NCBI GenBank assembly: GCA_003212795.1
Contig: QCOV01000003.1
Coordinates: forward strand, 78,676 to 142,675
Source: OCS116 cluster bacterium AG-435-F03
Lineage (GTDB): Bacteria; Pseudomonadota; Alphaproteobacteria; MED-G09
DNA length: 64,000 nucleotides
Direction of reading: 5' to 3'
The notes below the pieces were generated by a model. That model did not search any database. It was not told the origin of the DNA and saw only the letters and a list, made by a program, of their open reading frames with translations. The stretch's first letter is position 1; the number at the start of each line of letters is the position of its first letter. The position numbers and the translations under genes were made by a program. Positions 38,607-47,810 of the stretch are shown piece after piece.

Positions 38607-39932
38607 TTATGAACTTTTCATCACTAAAGCCTCGGCAAAAGGCTTTCTTCCAAAATAAAATATTAGAAAAGATATTGGCCCACAAATTAAAAATATTGTG
38701 GCCATAGATAAATCTATAGCCATTTCATTTTTGAAAACCTTATCCGTAAAAAATGCTACCACCATTGGGCCTAATCCGTATCCAGTAATATTTACTGTAA
38801 AGACATACAATCCTGATACAACGCCTCTATACTGATTTGGGGTGATATTTTGAAGCGATGTTGCAAACAAAGCCAGAGGAAGTGTAATAAAAAAACTAGT
38901 TATAAAAATACCAATCAAGACAGTGCTTGAACTTAGACTTAGGAATGTAATGGGACCTATTATAGTTAAAGCAATTGCTGTAACGATACAAACAACGATA
39001 GTAGCCGCATTAACATTTAACTTAGTTAGATATTTTTCGATAACGGGACCTGAAACAACACCCAAAGATCCTGCAAACAAAGCTACTAGGCCATATTGAT
39101 CTCCAATTCTTGTATGCTCCCATCCATGTATTCTATGTAAAAAAGTTGGAACCCAAGATTGTACGCCATATAAAAGAACAATTATAAAAGCTGATCCTAT
39201 TAAAAGTGGTATATAGGCTCCAATATTTTTAATTACATAAGAAAAAACATCTCTAATAGAATCTTTTTCATCTTTATCAGTAACTATTACTTCTTTTCTT
39301 ACAGGATCTTTCAGGGCAAACATAAATAAGCCTAAGATCACTCCAGGTACTGCAATTATAAGAAATATAATTTGCCACGGTTGAACAATAATACTTTCAA
39401 ATAAAGTTACTGGTTCATTATAAATTCTTAGAATCTGAGCTCCAAATAGCAAAGATAGGCCTTGGCCTATATAAGGACCCATTAAGTATATACTCATTGG
39501 AAAGCTTCTTTTCTCAATTGGGAATAGATCTGAGATAATTGACCATGATGCAGGCGTTAGAGCTGCTTCACCAGCACCTACACCTGATCTTGATATAACT
39601 AATTGCCAAGAATTTTTTGAAAGACCACAAGCTGCAGTCGCTACACTCCAAATAATTATACCACCTATAAGCACTCGAACGCGGTTTACCTTATCAACAA
39701 TTCTTCCAAAAGGAATACTAAATATTATGTAAGCAAGAACAAAACCCCATCCCTGGATAAATGATATCTCAAAATCAGTAAGGCCCATATCCTCTTTGAT
39801 TGGAACAACAAGATAGTTAATCATTTGCCTATCAATAAATGAAATAATATAGGCAAATAAAAGAATAGAAGTAAAAAACCAAGCATAAATTGGTTTTGGC
39901 CATGAAGTAGAATTAGTCAATTTTTTCCCCAA
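38607..39932 (-). CDS. MFS transporter (spinster-like)
   Basis: SFIDRQ, PIKEDMGL, GVGAGEA, SIISDLFP; about 12 TM segments; start TTG 39932 or TTG 39920. Confidence 0.88.
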   Translation of the reverse strand: MGKKLTNSTSWPKPIYAWFFTSILLFAYIISFIDRQMINYLVVPIKEDMGLTDFEISFIQGWGFVLAYIIFSIPFGRIVDKVNRVRVLIGGIIIWSVATAACGLSKNSWQLVISRSGVGAGEAALTPASWSIISDLFPIEKRSFPMSIYLMGPYIGQGLSLLFGAQILRIYNEPVTLFESIIVQPWQIIFLIIAVPGVILGLFMFALKDPVRKEVIVTDKDEKDSIRDVFSYVIKNIGAYIPLLIGSAFIIVLLYGVQSWVPTFLHRIHGWEHTRIGDQYGLVALFAGSLGVVSGPVIEKYLTKLNVNAATIVVCIVTAIALTIIGPITFLSLSSSTVLIGIFITSFFITLPLALFATSLQNITPNQYRGVVSGLYVFTVNITGYGLGPMVVAFFTDKVFKNEMAIDLSMATIFLICGPISFLIFYFGRKPFAEALVMKSS

Positions 39933-39933
39933 A

Positions 39934-39964
39934 AAAAAACCCTACCAAGATAGTAGGGTTTTTT
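39934..39964. terminator. Intrinsic terminator closing the secreted-protein array
   Basis: AAAAAACCCTAC-CAAGATA-GTAGGGTTTTTT with T tracts on both strands. Confidence 0.85.
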
Positions 39965-39990
39965 ATAAAAGTTAAGTTTCTTTATTTAAT

Positions 39991-40680
39991 TTATTTTTCC
40001 CAACTCTTTACTAAGTACACTAAAGAACGAGACATTACTTTTCTAAATTTGTTAGCCCTTTGAAGGTAATTTTGTCCTTCTGCTGTAGCTAATGAGCTAT
40101 CAAGATTAGACATAGCTTCTTCAAGTGAAGAGCCATTAATAACAACATAATGAGTTCGATTATCAACACCAGTAAATGTATCTGCAAATACGGTAATGCT
40201 TCCATTTGGGTTGGCACTATTCAAAAACTTACCAAGACTTTTTACAAAGGCAGCATTATCTTTTGCTTTTATATCAATTAAAATTCCTACTGGAGCATTT
40301 GGGTCTTGTTCACCAGCTGAAAGAATAGGTGTACCAGCTCCATTAAGAACCCAAGTAACATTTTGATTTAATGTTGATAAAAGTGCTTGGCCTTCTGCAG
40401 AACCATTTACAATACTGTTATTTTTTTCAAATTGATCAGGTCCTGAGTGTTCGGCAACCATGCAATGGGTTATATTATTCTCTCCGTTTAATGGAAATGC
40501 ATATAGCCTATGCGTAGACATACCGTCTGAAGAAGATGAGTTTAAAAATCCATCAAATGCACTTACTACATTATTAGCTGTTTCAAGAGCATTGAAGCAG
40601 TAATATGCGTGTAAAGGTGCTGCCTTTACATTTCCAGTAAAAATAAAAAATGCAAAAGCAATAGTTAAAATATATTTCAT
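39991..40680 (-). CDS. Secreted hypothetical protein with two internal repeats (array member 5, divergent)
   Basis: Signal peptide ending VKA; repeat G-x-x-N-x-TH...AEGQ occurs twice; AGGAG RBS. Confidence 0.8.
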   Translation of the reverse strand: MKYILTIAFAFFIFTGNVKAAPLHAYYCFNALETANNVVSAFDGFLNSSSSDGMSTHRLYAFPLNGENNITHCMVAEHSGPDQFEKNNSIVNGSAEGQALLSTLNQNVTWVLNGAGTPILSAGEQDPNAPVGILIDIKAKDNAAFVKSLGKFLNSANPNGSITVFADTFTGVDNRTHYVVINGSSLEEAMSNLDSSLATAEGQNYLQRANKFRKVMSRSLVYLVKSWEK

Positions 40681-40703
40681 TTTTTTCTCCTTTAAATAAA
40701 ACT

Positions 40704-41495
40704 TTAATTTGGCCTGTTATAAACTTTTTCATGCATTAGCATTGGGTCACTGCATTTAGCATATTCAGTTTCATATTCATCTCGAAATCTCCAACCTCCC
40801 TCTGCAGCTTCAACTTTTTTAGATTGCATTACTGATTCCATATCAGGGAATAAGACAACATGTGCAAAAGTTGGATAATTAGCTCCTCCAAGTAGTGGTA
40901 CCATTGTTAACCAACCAATTGCACCATTTGGATTTTCTTCCATTCTTGCAGCAGCCTTATTATGAAAAGCTATCAAGTCATCAGGGCTTTTCTCGTCACG
41001 AATACTACACCAATTCCATTCAGCATATCGACTATCGCCTTCATTTAAAGCTTCTTCATTTGCATAATTAAAGTAAGCAGAATTCATCTTCATGTAACAT
41101 GTAGAAACCTCACCCCATTCATTAAGTATGTCTTGACCCTCTTTTGTTTCAGTTAATTTATCCCAGCCCTTTCCATGCGTTTCGAAAGGTCCAGCCATAA
41201 ATTCTACAAAATCATAAGATGGCGGGTTATCAAAATCACCATGTTGAAAATGAGGAGTTTGAATAGCAAGAAATGTTTCTACACCATTCTTTTTTGCCCA
41301 ATTGAAGTATCTTTCGTTAAGAGTCTCGTATCGCTCCATTGAGATACCTTCATTTAATCTGCAAATATTTGCTTGAATAGCAAAAGCAGAATCGGATGTA
41401 ATCCCAGCTCCAAGCCTATTATCTTGAGCATTTACGGGATTAAAAATTAAGAAAATTGTAAATACTAAACTAAATAATAATATATTTTTTTTCAT
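40704..41495 (-). CDS. Secreted hypothetical protein, 4-Cys two-repeat family (array member 4)
   Basis: Signal peptide ending VNA; YDFVE, WNWC, IGW, FAH, GGW shared with neighbours. Confidence 0.85.
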   Translation of the reverse strand: MKKNILLFSLVFTIFLIFNPVNAQDNRLGAGITSDSAFAIQANICRLNEGISMERYETLNERYFNWAKKNGVETFLAIQTPHFQHGDFDNPPSYDFVEFMAGPFETHGKGWDKLTETKEGQDILNEWGEVSTCYMKMNSAYFNYANEEALNEGDSRYAEWNWCSIRDEKSPDDLIAFHNKAAARMEENPNGAIGWLTMVPLLGGANYPTFAHVVLFPDMESVMQSKKVEAAEGGWRFRDEYETEYAKCSDPMLMHEKVYNRPN

Positions 41496-41509
41496 TATTT
41501 TTCCTTTTA

Positions 41510-42286
41510 TTATTGAGGTAATCTATTGAGAACTTGCACATCATATAATTCTTCACCTCTACAAGTTGCATATTGTTTTTCATAATCTCGGTAATGTTTC
41601 CAACCACCTTGAGCGATTGTTTTTTGATGCTTCATTGAGGCTTTATTATCAGGAAAAATTATAATATGAGCAAATTGTCCTGGTGCACTTGCTCCTCCAA
41701 GTCGAGGAATAATGCCTGCCCAACCTATGATACCCTGATCATTGCCCTCAAGATTTTTAGCCATTTCAGAATGTTTTTGCAAAACCTCTTCAGCACTAAC
41801 ATTATCATTGATAGTGCACCAATTCCAAGTTGCGACTCTTTCGTCAGCTTTTGCTAGAGCATCTTCATCTGACCACAAAGTAACTCCTGTTCCCATTTTA
41901 GGATAGCAATCCGCTGCAGCTTGCCATTGTGCATTTAGTTTTTGACCTTCCTTAGAGTCCAACCATAAATCCCAGGCTTCACCTGAAGTTTCATGAGTAG
42001 AACCTAATATTTCTAGGAAATCATAGGTTAATGGGTTACCAGTTGTTCCATGAGAAAATAATGGAAAGTGACGAACATAAAATGTTTCTACATTATTCTT
42101 TTTTGACCATTTCACATAATCTTGTGTAACAGCATTATATTCTTTTAATGATACACCCTCTTTAAGTTTGCATACATTAACTTGAACATTAGAAACATTT
42201 GGAAGCTCTTCATAATGATCATCTGAGTAGACATCAAAAGAAAAGACAAAAAATCCAGTAATAAAAAAGGTTAATAATTTTTTCAT
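41510..42286 (-). CDS. Secreted hypothetical protein, 4-Cys two-repeat family (array member 3)
   Basis: Signal peptide then DDH; clearly paralogous to 42300..43073. Confidence 0.85.
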   Translation of the reverse strand: MKKLLTFFITGFFVFSFDVYSDDHYEELPNVSNVQVNVCKLKEGVSLKEYNAVTQDYVKWSKKNNVETFYVRHFPLFSHGTTGNPLTYDFLEILGSTHETSGEAWDLWLDSKEGQKLNAQWQAAADCYPKMGTGVTLWSDEDALAKADERVATWNWCTINDNVSAEEVLQKHSEMAKNLEGNDQGIIGWAGIIPRLGGASAPGQFAHIIIFPDNKASMKHQKTIAQGGWKHYRDYEKQYATCRGEELYDVQVLNRLPQ

Positions 42287-42299
42287 GCTTATTCTCCTG

Positions 42300-43073
42300 T
42301 TAACTATTTGGATTATTAATTACTTGTTCAATCATAAAGGCATCACCGCGACATGTTGCAAAATCTTTTTGATAATCTCTATAATCTTTCCAACCACCAT
42401 CAGATTGAGCTTGCTGATATATTTGTGCCGCTTCAACATTTGGATATACAGCAATATGGGCAAAATCACCTGGAGCTTGATCAGTTCCTATTCTTGGAAA
42501 TAAATTAGCCCAACCAATAATCCCTAATGAATCTTCTTCAAGAATTTTTGCTCGTCTATCATGCTCGGCTATCAAATCTTCATATGATACGCCATCATTT
42601 AAAGAACACCAATTCCATGCAACGATTCTATTATTATCTTTATTAATTTCATCTTGGTTTACATATAAAGGTACTGCCGCACCCTGCTTAACTCTGCAAT
42701 CAGCAAGTTTTTGCCATTTTTCGTTTAATTTTTGACCATCACTTGTACCAAGCCATTTATCCCAACCTTTCCCACTAACAGAATGTGTTGACCACAAAAG
42801 TTCCATAAAATCATATCCTGCATCAAACCAACTATCTTGTGGATATAAAGGTGTTTGTCTTGCAAAAAATAATTCTACATCATGTTTTTTTGACCATTTA
42901 ACATAATCATCAATCATTTCATCATATTGCTTGATTGAAGTATTTCCTTTCAAAGTACAAAGTTGTACTTGAACGTTAAAAACTTCTGTTCCGTCAGATG
43001 CATGATCATCAGCAAAAACAAAATTATTAAAACCAAAAAAAGCTATAAAGCCAAAAGTTAAATATTTTTTCAT
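42300..43073 (-). CDS. Secreted hypothetical protein, 4-Cys two-repeat family (array member 2)
   Basis: VFA-DDH; NVQVQLC, YDFME, ADC, WNWC, FAH, GGW, ATC. Confidence 0.85.
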   Translation of the reverse strand: MKKYLTFGFIAFFGFNNFVFADDHASDGTEVFNVQVQLCTLKGNTSIKQYDEMIDDYVKWSKKHDVELFFARQTPLYPQDSWFDAGYDFMELLWSTHSVSGKGWDKWLGTSDGQKLNEKWQKLADCRVKQGAAVPLYVNQDEINKDNNRIVAWNWCSLNDGVSYEDLIAEHDRRAKILEEDSLGIIGWANLFPRIGTDQAPGDFAHIAVYPNVEAAQIYQQAQSDGGWKDYRDYQKDFATCRGDAFMIEQVINNPNS

Positions 43074-43090
43074 AATCGTATTCTCCTTAA

Positions 43091-43861
43091 CTATTCATCA
43101 CCATTACGTAATAAATTTGTTGTGTAAATTCTTGGGCTATCACAATCTACAACTGAACCCCAAGTATCTTGAAGGGCCGTATTGCCAGGTTGATAACCAG
43201 CTTGTCTAGCTTTGCCCATTTCTTCATAATTAGACCAACCTGCACCAACTTTAATATCCCAATCGGCATCCAATTCATTACCAGCATCAGGAACAAATAT
43301 AGCAATGAGAGGGTCAGCGCCTGTTGTTTCAATATACTTATTAAAATCTCCTGCTGCTTTCATTAAATCAGCCATATTTTTACCATCTCTAAATTTACAA
43401 TTTGCGAGTTGGAAAGGATTATTTTTAGTTTTATCTTGATCCCAATCAACTTGTCTTGCTGGTAATACAGCAAATATAGATCTTGGACTACATGTTGCCA
43501 CTTCATTAAATTTAAGTCCTATTGTTTGTTCACCTTCTTGAACCCAGTTTTCCATTGTGTTTCCGTAGTTCTCAAAATTCGGGCTAAATCCAAACCATAT
43601 ATAATCGAATGATAGCATTCCTTGACTTACTGCAAATGGCGCCATTGACCATGCAGAGTAATTTAGATCCTTTCTATCGGCCCATTTATCCCATTCTTTA
43701 ACGACTTTATTTAAATCATTTGCAGATTTTCCATCATTAAAAGAGCATGCTAGCATTTCTGCTACAGCAGGGCCTACTGGTTGATGATCATCAGCATAAG
43801 TTAAATTAGTGGTTAATAAAAAAATTAGCGATAAAGCAAAAATAGATATAGATTTATTCAT
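43091..43861 (-). CDS. Secreted hypothetical protein, 4-Cys two-repeat family (array member 1)
   Basis: TYA-DDH; CSFNDGK...ATC and CKFRDGK...VDC internal repeat. Confidence 0.85.
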   Translation of the reverse strand: MNKSISIFALSLIFLLTTNLTYADDHQPVGPAVAEMLACSFNDGKSANDLNKVVKEWDKWADRKDLNYSAWSMAPFAVSQGMLSFDYIWFGFSPNFENYGNTMENWVQEGEQTIGLKFNEVATCSPRSIFAVLPARQVDWDQDKTKNNPFQLANCKFRDGKNMADLMKAAGDFNKYIETTGADPLIAIFVPDAGNELDADWDIKVGAGWSNYEEMGKARQAGYQPGNTALQDTWGSVVDCDSPRIYTTNLLRNGDE

Positions 43862-43905
43862 TAGAAACTCCCTTATTTAAAACCCAAGCAAAAAACCTTG
43901 CATTA

Positions 43906-43922
43906 TTGAGAATCGTTATCAA
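43906..43922. promoter_or_regulatory. Fur-family box upstream of the secreted-protein array
   Basis: TTGAGAAT-C-GTTATCAA, near-palindromic; 14 of 19 positions match GATAATGATAATCATTATC by hand alignment. Confidence 0.6.
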
Positions 43923-43993
43923 CAATTTTTTTTTATTTATTATTATTTTCTTACACACATTCAGTATAAAAAAATATTTTTTATACATAATAT

Positions 43994-44002
43994 TGTGGAT
44001 AA
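43994..44002 (-). promoter_or_regulatory. Consensus DnaA box
   Basis: TGTGGATAA (TTATCCACA on the minus strand) in an AT-rich intergenic region with three one-mismatch boxes nearby. Confidence 0.35.
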
Positions 44003-44090
44003 CTTTTATTTTTGAACTAAAGAACAATATTTTATTTCCTAAAGCATATTTTTTTATTTAAAATTCTATCGTCAAAAAAGGAAAAGAAAA

Positions 44091-44630
44091 ATGGAAAATC
44101 TCAGGAGAATTATTACTGGTCATAATGAAGATGGAAAATCAATAATTTCTATTGATGGTCCTCCTGCAAGAATATTAGGTGAAGATGTTGGAGGATTATT
44201 TGAAATCTGGAATACTGATGGAGAACAAATAAATTCTCTAGATAATAAAGATAGAGCTGATATCGATGTTATTTTATCACCCCCTAAAAATGGGACAAAG
44301 TTTAGATACTTTGCTATCAAACCAACACCTGAAGGTATACCAAGAGAAAAACTGGAAGAAGCTACAGCTAGGGCATTCGAATTAATGGGTGCAGCGCATG
44401 AAAGAGTTGATACATCAAGACACCCAGCAATGCATAAAACAAAAACTATTGATTACATAATTTTGTTAAGCGGTGATGTAACTCTATTACTTGATGAAGA
44501 TGAAGTGAGACTCAAACCATTTAATGTTGTTGTACAAAGAGGTACAAATCATGCGTGGGTTAATAACGGTAATGAGCCAGCATTGCTTATAGCGGTTTTA
44601 ATAGATAGTGATTTGAAAGATAAAGCTTAA
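44091..44630 (+). CDS. Cupin domain protein
   Basis: RRIITGH, MHKTKTIDY, VVQRGTNHAWVN. Confidence 0.85.
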   Translation: MENLRRIITGHNEDGKSIISIDGPPARILGEDVGGLFEIWNTDGEQINSLDNKDRADIDVILSPPKNGTKFRYFAIKPTPEGIPREKLEEATARAFELMGAAHERVDTSRHPAMHKTKTIDYIILLSGDVTLLLDEDEVRLKPFNVVVQRGTNHAWVNNGNEPALLIAVLIDSDLKDKA

Positions 44631-45979
44631 GAATTTTTAAAAGTACGATATTCTTCAAGCCTTTTTTTGTTATCGTTTGGATGTGTCCATTCTTCAGTTA
44701 TTTTAGGTTCAACTTTAAGATCATTAGGAATTCTATTTAAACCTATTATTTTATCAACCTGCTCATGCCAATGATATATCCTTGCCTCTTGATAGCTCAA
44801 TGGGACGCCGTCAAAAACATATGAATCAACGGCTTTTTGGATCCAACCACCAAAGTGAAGGTCTTCATCTAGAACTTTATTGAAACCATCAATCGCAATA
44901 TCCCATATTTCTGGTCTTTTGCCTTTCCCCCAATGCGGAGCTACCCAAAAAACTTCAAAAATACACTCATCAATTGCTGTAGGCCACCATAGTAAGATTG
45001 GAAAGCCTTTTTCCGACATAGGAGATACAAAATTAGGAACTAAATTATAAGATTGAGTACATGTCCTTGCAATATAACCACATGTTTCGATTTCTGGTCT
45101 ATTATCTTCAACTTTATAGGTTTGGTTTTTATAATATTTTGATGGTTTGCCTTTTTTTCCATTAGCTTGTTTAAGGGCATCAGGATTTGCTTTTAAAGCA
45201 ACTTCAGGAAGATCAGGAAAAGTTCTACTTGGAGCAACCATTCTACCGTGTCCATTTGGATAAAATGTGTTTACATTTCCAGTATAATCTAAGCCCGTGT
45301 GAACAGTTTCCGGATGTATAGACTGAACATGATAGACTTCCATGTTTGCTTCCAAAGCAATTTTCCAATTGCATTTTAGTTTATAAGTATAGTGATCAAT
45401 AAGACTTAAATTCTCAAATTGAAATTCTTGAATTTCATCATATATAACGCCAAGATTTTCTTTTAGACTTTCCGCATCTAAGTCAAAGTTCACAAAAATT
45501 AAATTTCCTAAAAGTTCAACCTTAACCTTGTGGAGACTTCTACATGAATCATCAAATTCAACGAAATCTTTTGGATCTCTTTTTCCTATCAAATTCCCGT
45601 CATGATCATATGTCCAACCATGGTACCCACAAACTAATTTATCTGATTGACCAAACTCATCTAGAACTATTGCTGCACCTCGATGTCTACACATATTATA
45701 AAATGCAGTTACACTTTCTTTACTTTTTCTAACCAAAATAACAGGTTGCCCTGCCTTATCCCATAATTTGTAACTTCCAACCTCAGGGATTTCATCAAGG
45801 TGTCCTGCAAGCAACCAACTTTGCTTCCATAAATATTCTTTTTCAAGATCAAAAAACTCTTTGTCTGTGTAACGTTTACCAGGTAGATCAGGAAGCTTGG
45901 GAAAATCCTTTGGAGGAGATTTTCTTTTTCTCTCATAATCTATTAGATCTTTGAGTTGATCAATTTGTTCTTGATTCAC
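44627..45979 (-). CDS. Rieske non-heme iron oxygenase, alpha subunit
   Basis: NMCRHRG...CGYHGW Rieske ligands; NWK, EVYHVQSIH mononuclear Fe site; distal ED. Confidence 0.92.
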   Translation of the reverse strand: MNQEQIDQLKDLIDYERKRKSPPKDFPKLPDLPGKRYTDKEFFDLEKEYLWKQSWLLAGHLDEIPEVGSYKLWDKAGQPVILVRKSKESVTAFYNMCRHRGAAIVLDEFGQSDKLVCGYHGWTYDHDGNLIGKRDPKDFVEFDDSCRSLHKVKVELLGNLIFVNFDLDAESLKENLGVIYDEIQEFQFENLSLIDHYTYKLKCNWKIALEANMEVYHVQSIHPETVHTGLDYTGNVNTFYPNGHGRMVAPSRTFPDLPEVALKANPDALKQANGKKGKPSKYYKNQTYKVEDNRPEIETCGYIARTCTQSYNLVPNFVSPMSEKGFPILLWWPTAIDECIFEVFWVAPHWGKGKRPEIWDIAIDGFNKVLDEDLHFGGWIQKAVDSYVFDGVPLSYQEARIYHWHEQVDKIIGLNRIPNDLKVEPKITEEWTHPNDNKKRLEEYRTFKNS

Positions 45980-46070
45980 ATCTAGCCCCTAAAAATATAT
46001 TGAATGTATTATAAAATTATCGTGTAGTAAAATATGATTTAGCAAAAATAAATCTATATATGGAGAAAAA

Positions 46071-46478
46071 ATGATAAAAGGCGGCTGTTTATGCGGTAAA
46101 ATTAGATACGAATTTAAACAAGAGGATGTAATTTCAGCAGGAAATTGTCATTGCAAAGATTGTCAAAAAGCAACAGGTAGTGGAAAAGCTACAATTGTTT
46201 ACATTCCATCAAAAAGTTTGAAAATAAATGATGATTACAAAATATATTCCGTAATTGGTCACGAGGGCTCAAATGTTCATAGGGGATTTTGTCCAGATTG
46301 TGGATCGCCAATAATTAGCTATGTTTCAGAACAACCTGATATCAAATTTATAAAGGCTGGAAGTTTAGATGATTCTTCTTGGCTTAAAATTGAATCAAAT
46401 TTTTGGAGTGATACCGCAAATCATTGGGATCCAGTAGATGAAAAACTACCAACATTTGAAAAAAATCCACCACTTTAA
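46071..46478 (+). CDS. GFA / CENP-V family protein
   Basis: GGCLCG, CHCKDCQK, FCPDCGS. Confidence 0.9.
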   Translation: MIKGGCLCGKIRYEFKQEDVISAGNCHCKDCQKATGSGKATIVYIPSKSLKINDDYKIYSVIGHEGSNVHRGFCPDCGSPIISYVSEQPDIKFIKAGSLDDSSWLKIESNFWSDTANHWDPVDEKLPTFEKNPPL

Positions 46479-46495
46479 TATTGAAAGGAAACACT

Positions 46496-47281
46496 ATGAA
46501 CTTTGAAACAATATTATATGAAAAGAAAAATAACTCAGCTTTAATTACACTAAATAGACCTAAAAAATTAAATGCTTGGACTCCTTTTATGGCTGAAGAA
46601 CTTGCTTCAGCTATAAATGAAGCTAACAAAGATAGTTCAGTTGGGGCAATAGTTATGACAGGTGCAGGAAAAGGTTTCTGCGCAGGTGCAGATATTGAAG
46701 AAACTTTTCAAACAAGAATAGATGGAAAAGATCCAGGTAATGATACCCAATCAGGTAGTGGGGGCATGCCCAAGCATGTAAATTGGGTCAAGTTAATTAG
46801 GGAGTCAAAACCTATGATTGCTGCAGTGAATGGTGCTGCTGTTGGTATAGGTATTACAATGGTTTTACCTTTTGATATTATTATGGCATCTGAAAAGGCA
46901 AAGTTTGGAATGTTCTTTATTCAAATGGGTTTGGTACCTGAATTAGCAAGTAGCCATTTTTTAGTACAAAGAATGGGTTTTGGTAAAGCTAGTGAAATGT
47001 GTTTATCTGGTAGATTGGTAAAAGCTGAAGAAGCTAAAGAATCTAATTTAATTGATTTTATAACATCAGAAGATGAACTTTTATCAGAAGCAATGAATAA
47101 AGCTGACGAAATAGGAGCTAATCCTAATCCTCAGCTAAAAATGGTTAAAGAACTATTAAGCCTTAATGGAAGTGAGGTTGATTTAGAAAAAGCACAGGAA
47201 CGTGAAAGTGCATTATTAAGAGAATGCTGGAAAACTGAAGAGCATAAAGAAGCGGTCAAAAAGTTTTTAGAAAAAACCTAA
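46496..47281 (+). CDS. Enoyl-CoA hydratase/isomerase family protein (isomerase-like)
   Basis: LNRPKKLNA, FCAGAD, KPMIAAVNGAAVGIG; lacks the canonical Glu pair and has GLVPE instead; ATG 46496 after AAGGA. Confidence 0.88.
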   Translation: MNFETILYEKKNNSALITLNRPKKLNAWTPFMAEELASAINEANKDSSVGAIVMTGAGKGFCAGADIEETFQTRIDGKDPGNDTQSGSGGMPKHVNWVKLIRESKPMIAAVNGAAVGIGITMVLPFDIIMASEKAKFGMFFIQMGLVPELASSHFLVQRMGFGKASEMCLSGRLVKAEEAKESNLIDFITSEDELLSEAMNKADEIGANPNPQLKMVKELLSLNGSEVDLEKAQERESALLRECWKTEEHKEAVKKFLEKT

Positions 47282-47285
47282 TAAC

Positions 47286-47801
47286 ATGTTCAGCTCAAAC
47301 AAACCTATTATACAAATTGCTTATGGGGTGGAAGACATTGTCACAGAAGCAGAAAAATGGTCAAAAAGATTCAATATTGGACCTTTTTACTTCAATAAGC
47401 ACATAGAGGTTTCCGAATCCAAAATTAATGGAATTGAAAAAAAATTTGATCACTCATCTGCATATGGATGGAAAGAAAACTTTATGATCGAACTTATAAG
47501 TGATCACTCAAAGGTAAATTTATATAATAATGGAATTCATCATATTGCTTGGATTGCCGATGACTTTGTCCAAGAAAGTGAAGAATTAAAAAAACAGGAT
47601 TGTAAAGAAGTTCTTTTTGCTAGAGCTGGTGATAGGAATGGAATGAGATTTTCTTGGTTTGATCCAGGAAAAGAAATTGGTCATTTTTATGAAATTTACG
47701 AAAATAATGATTCATTAAAAAATTTTTATTCATATATTTACAAAGCGTCATTAGAATGGGATGGTACAAATCCCGTAAGACATATTTCAGAAATAGGTTA
47801 G
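47286..47801 (+). CDS. VOC (glyoxalase-like) family protein
   Basis: IIQIAYGVED, IGPF, MIELI, GIHHIA, FYEIYE. Confidence 0.82.
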   Translation: MFSSNKPIIQIAYGVEDIVTEAEKWSKRFNIGPFYFNKHIEVSESKINGIEKKFDHSSAYGWKENFMIELISDHSKVNLYNNGIHHIAWIADDFVQESEELKKQDCKEVLFARAGDRNGMRFSWFDPGKEIGHFYEIYENNDSLKNFYSYIYKASLEWDGTNPVRHISEIG

Positions 47802-47810
47802 GAGGAAATT

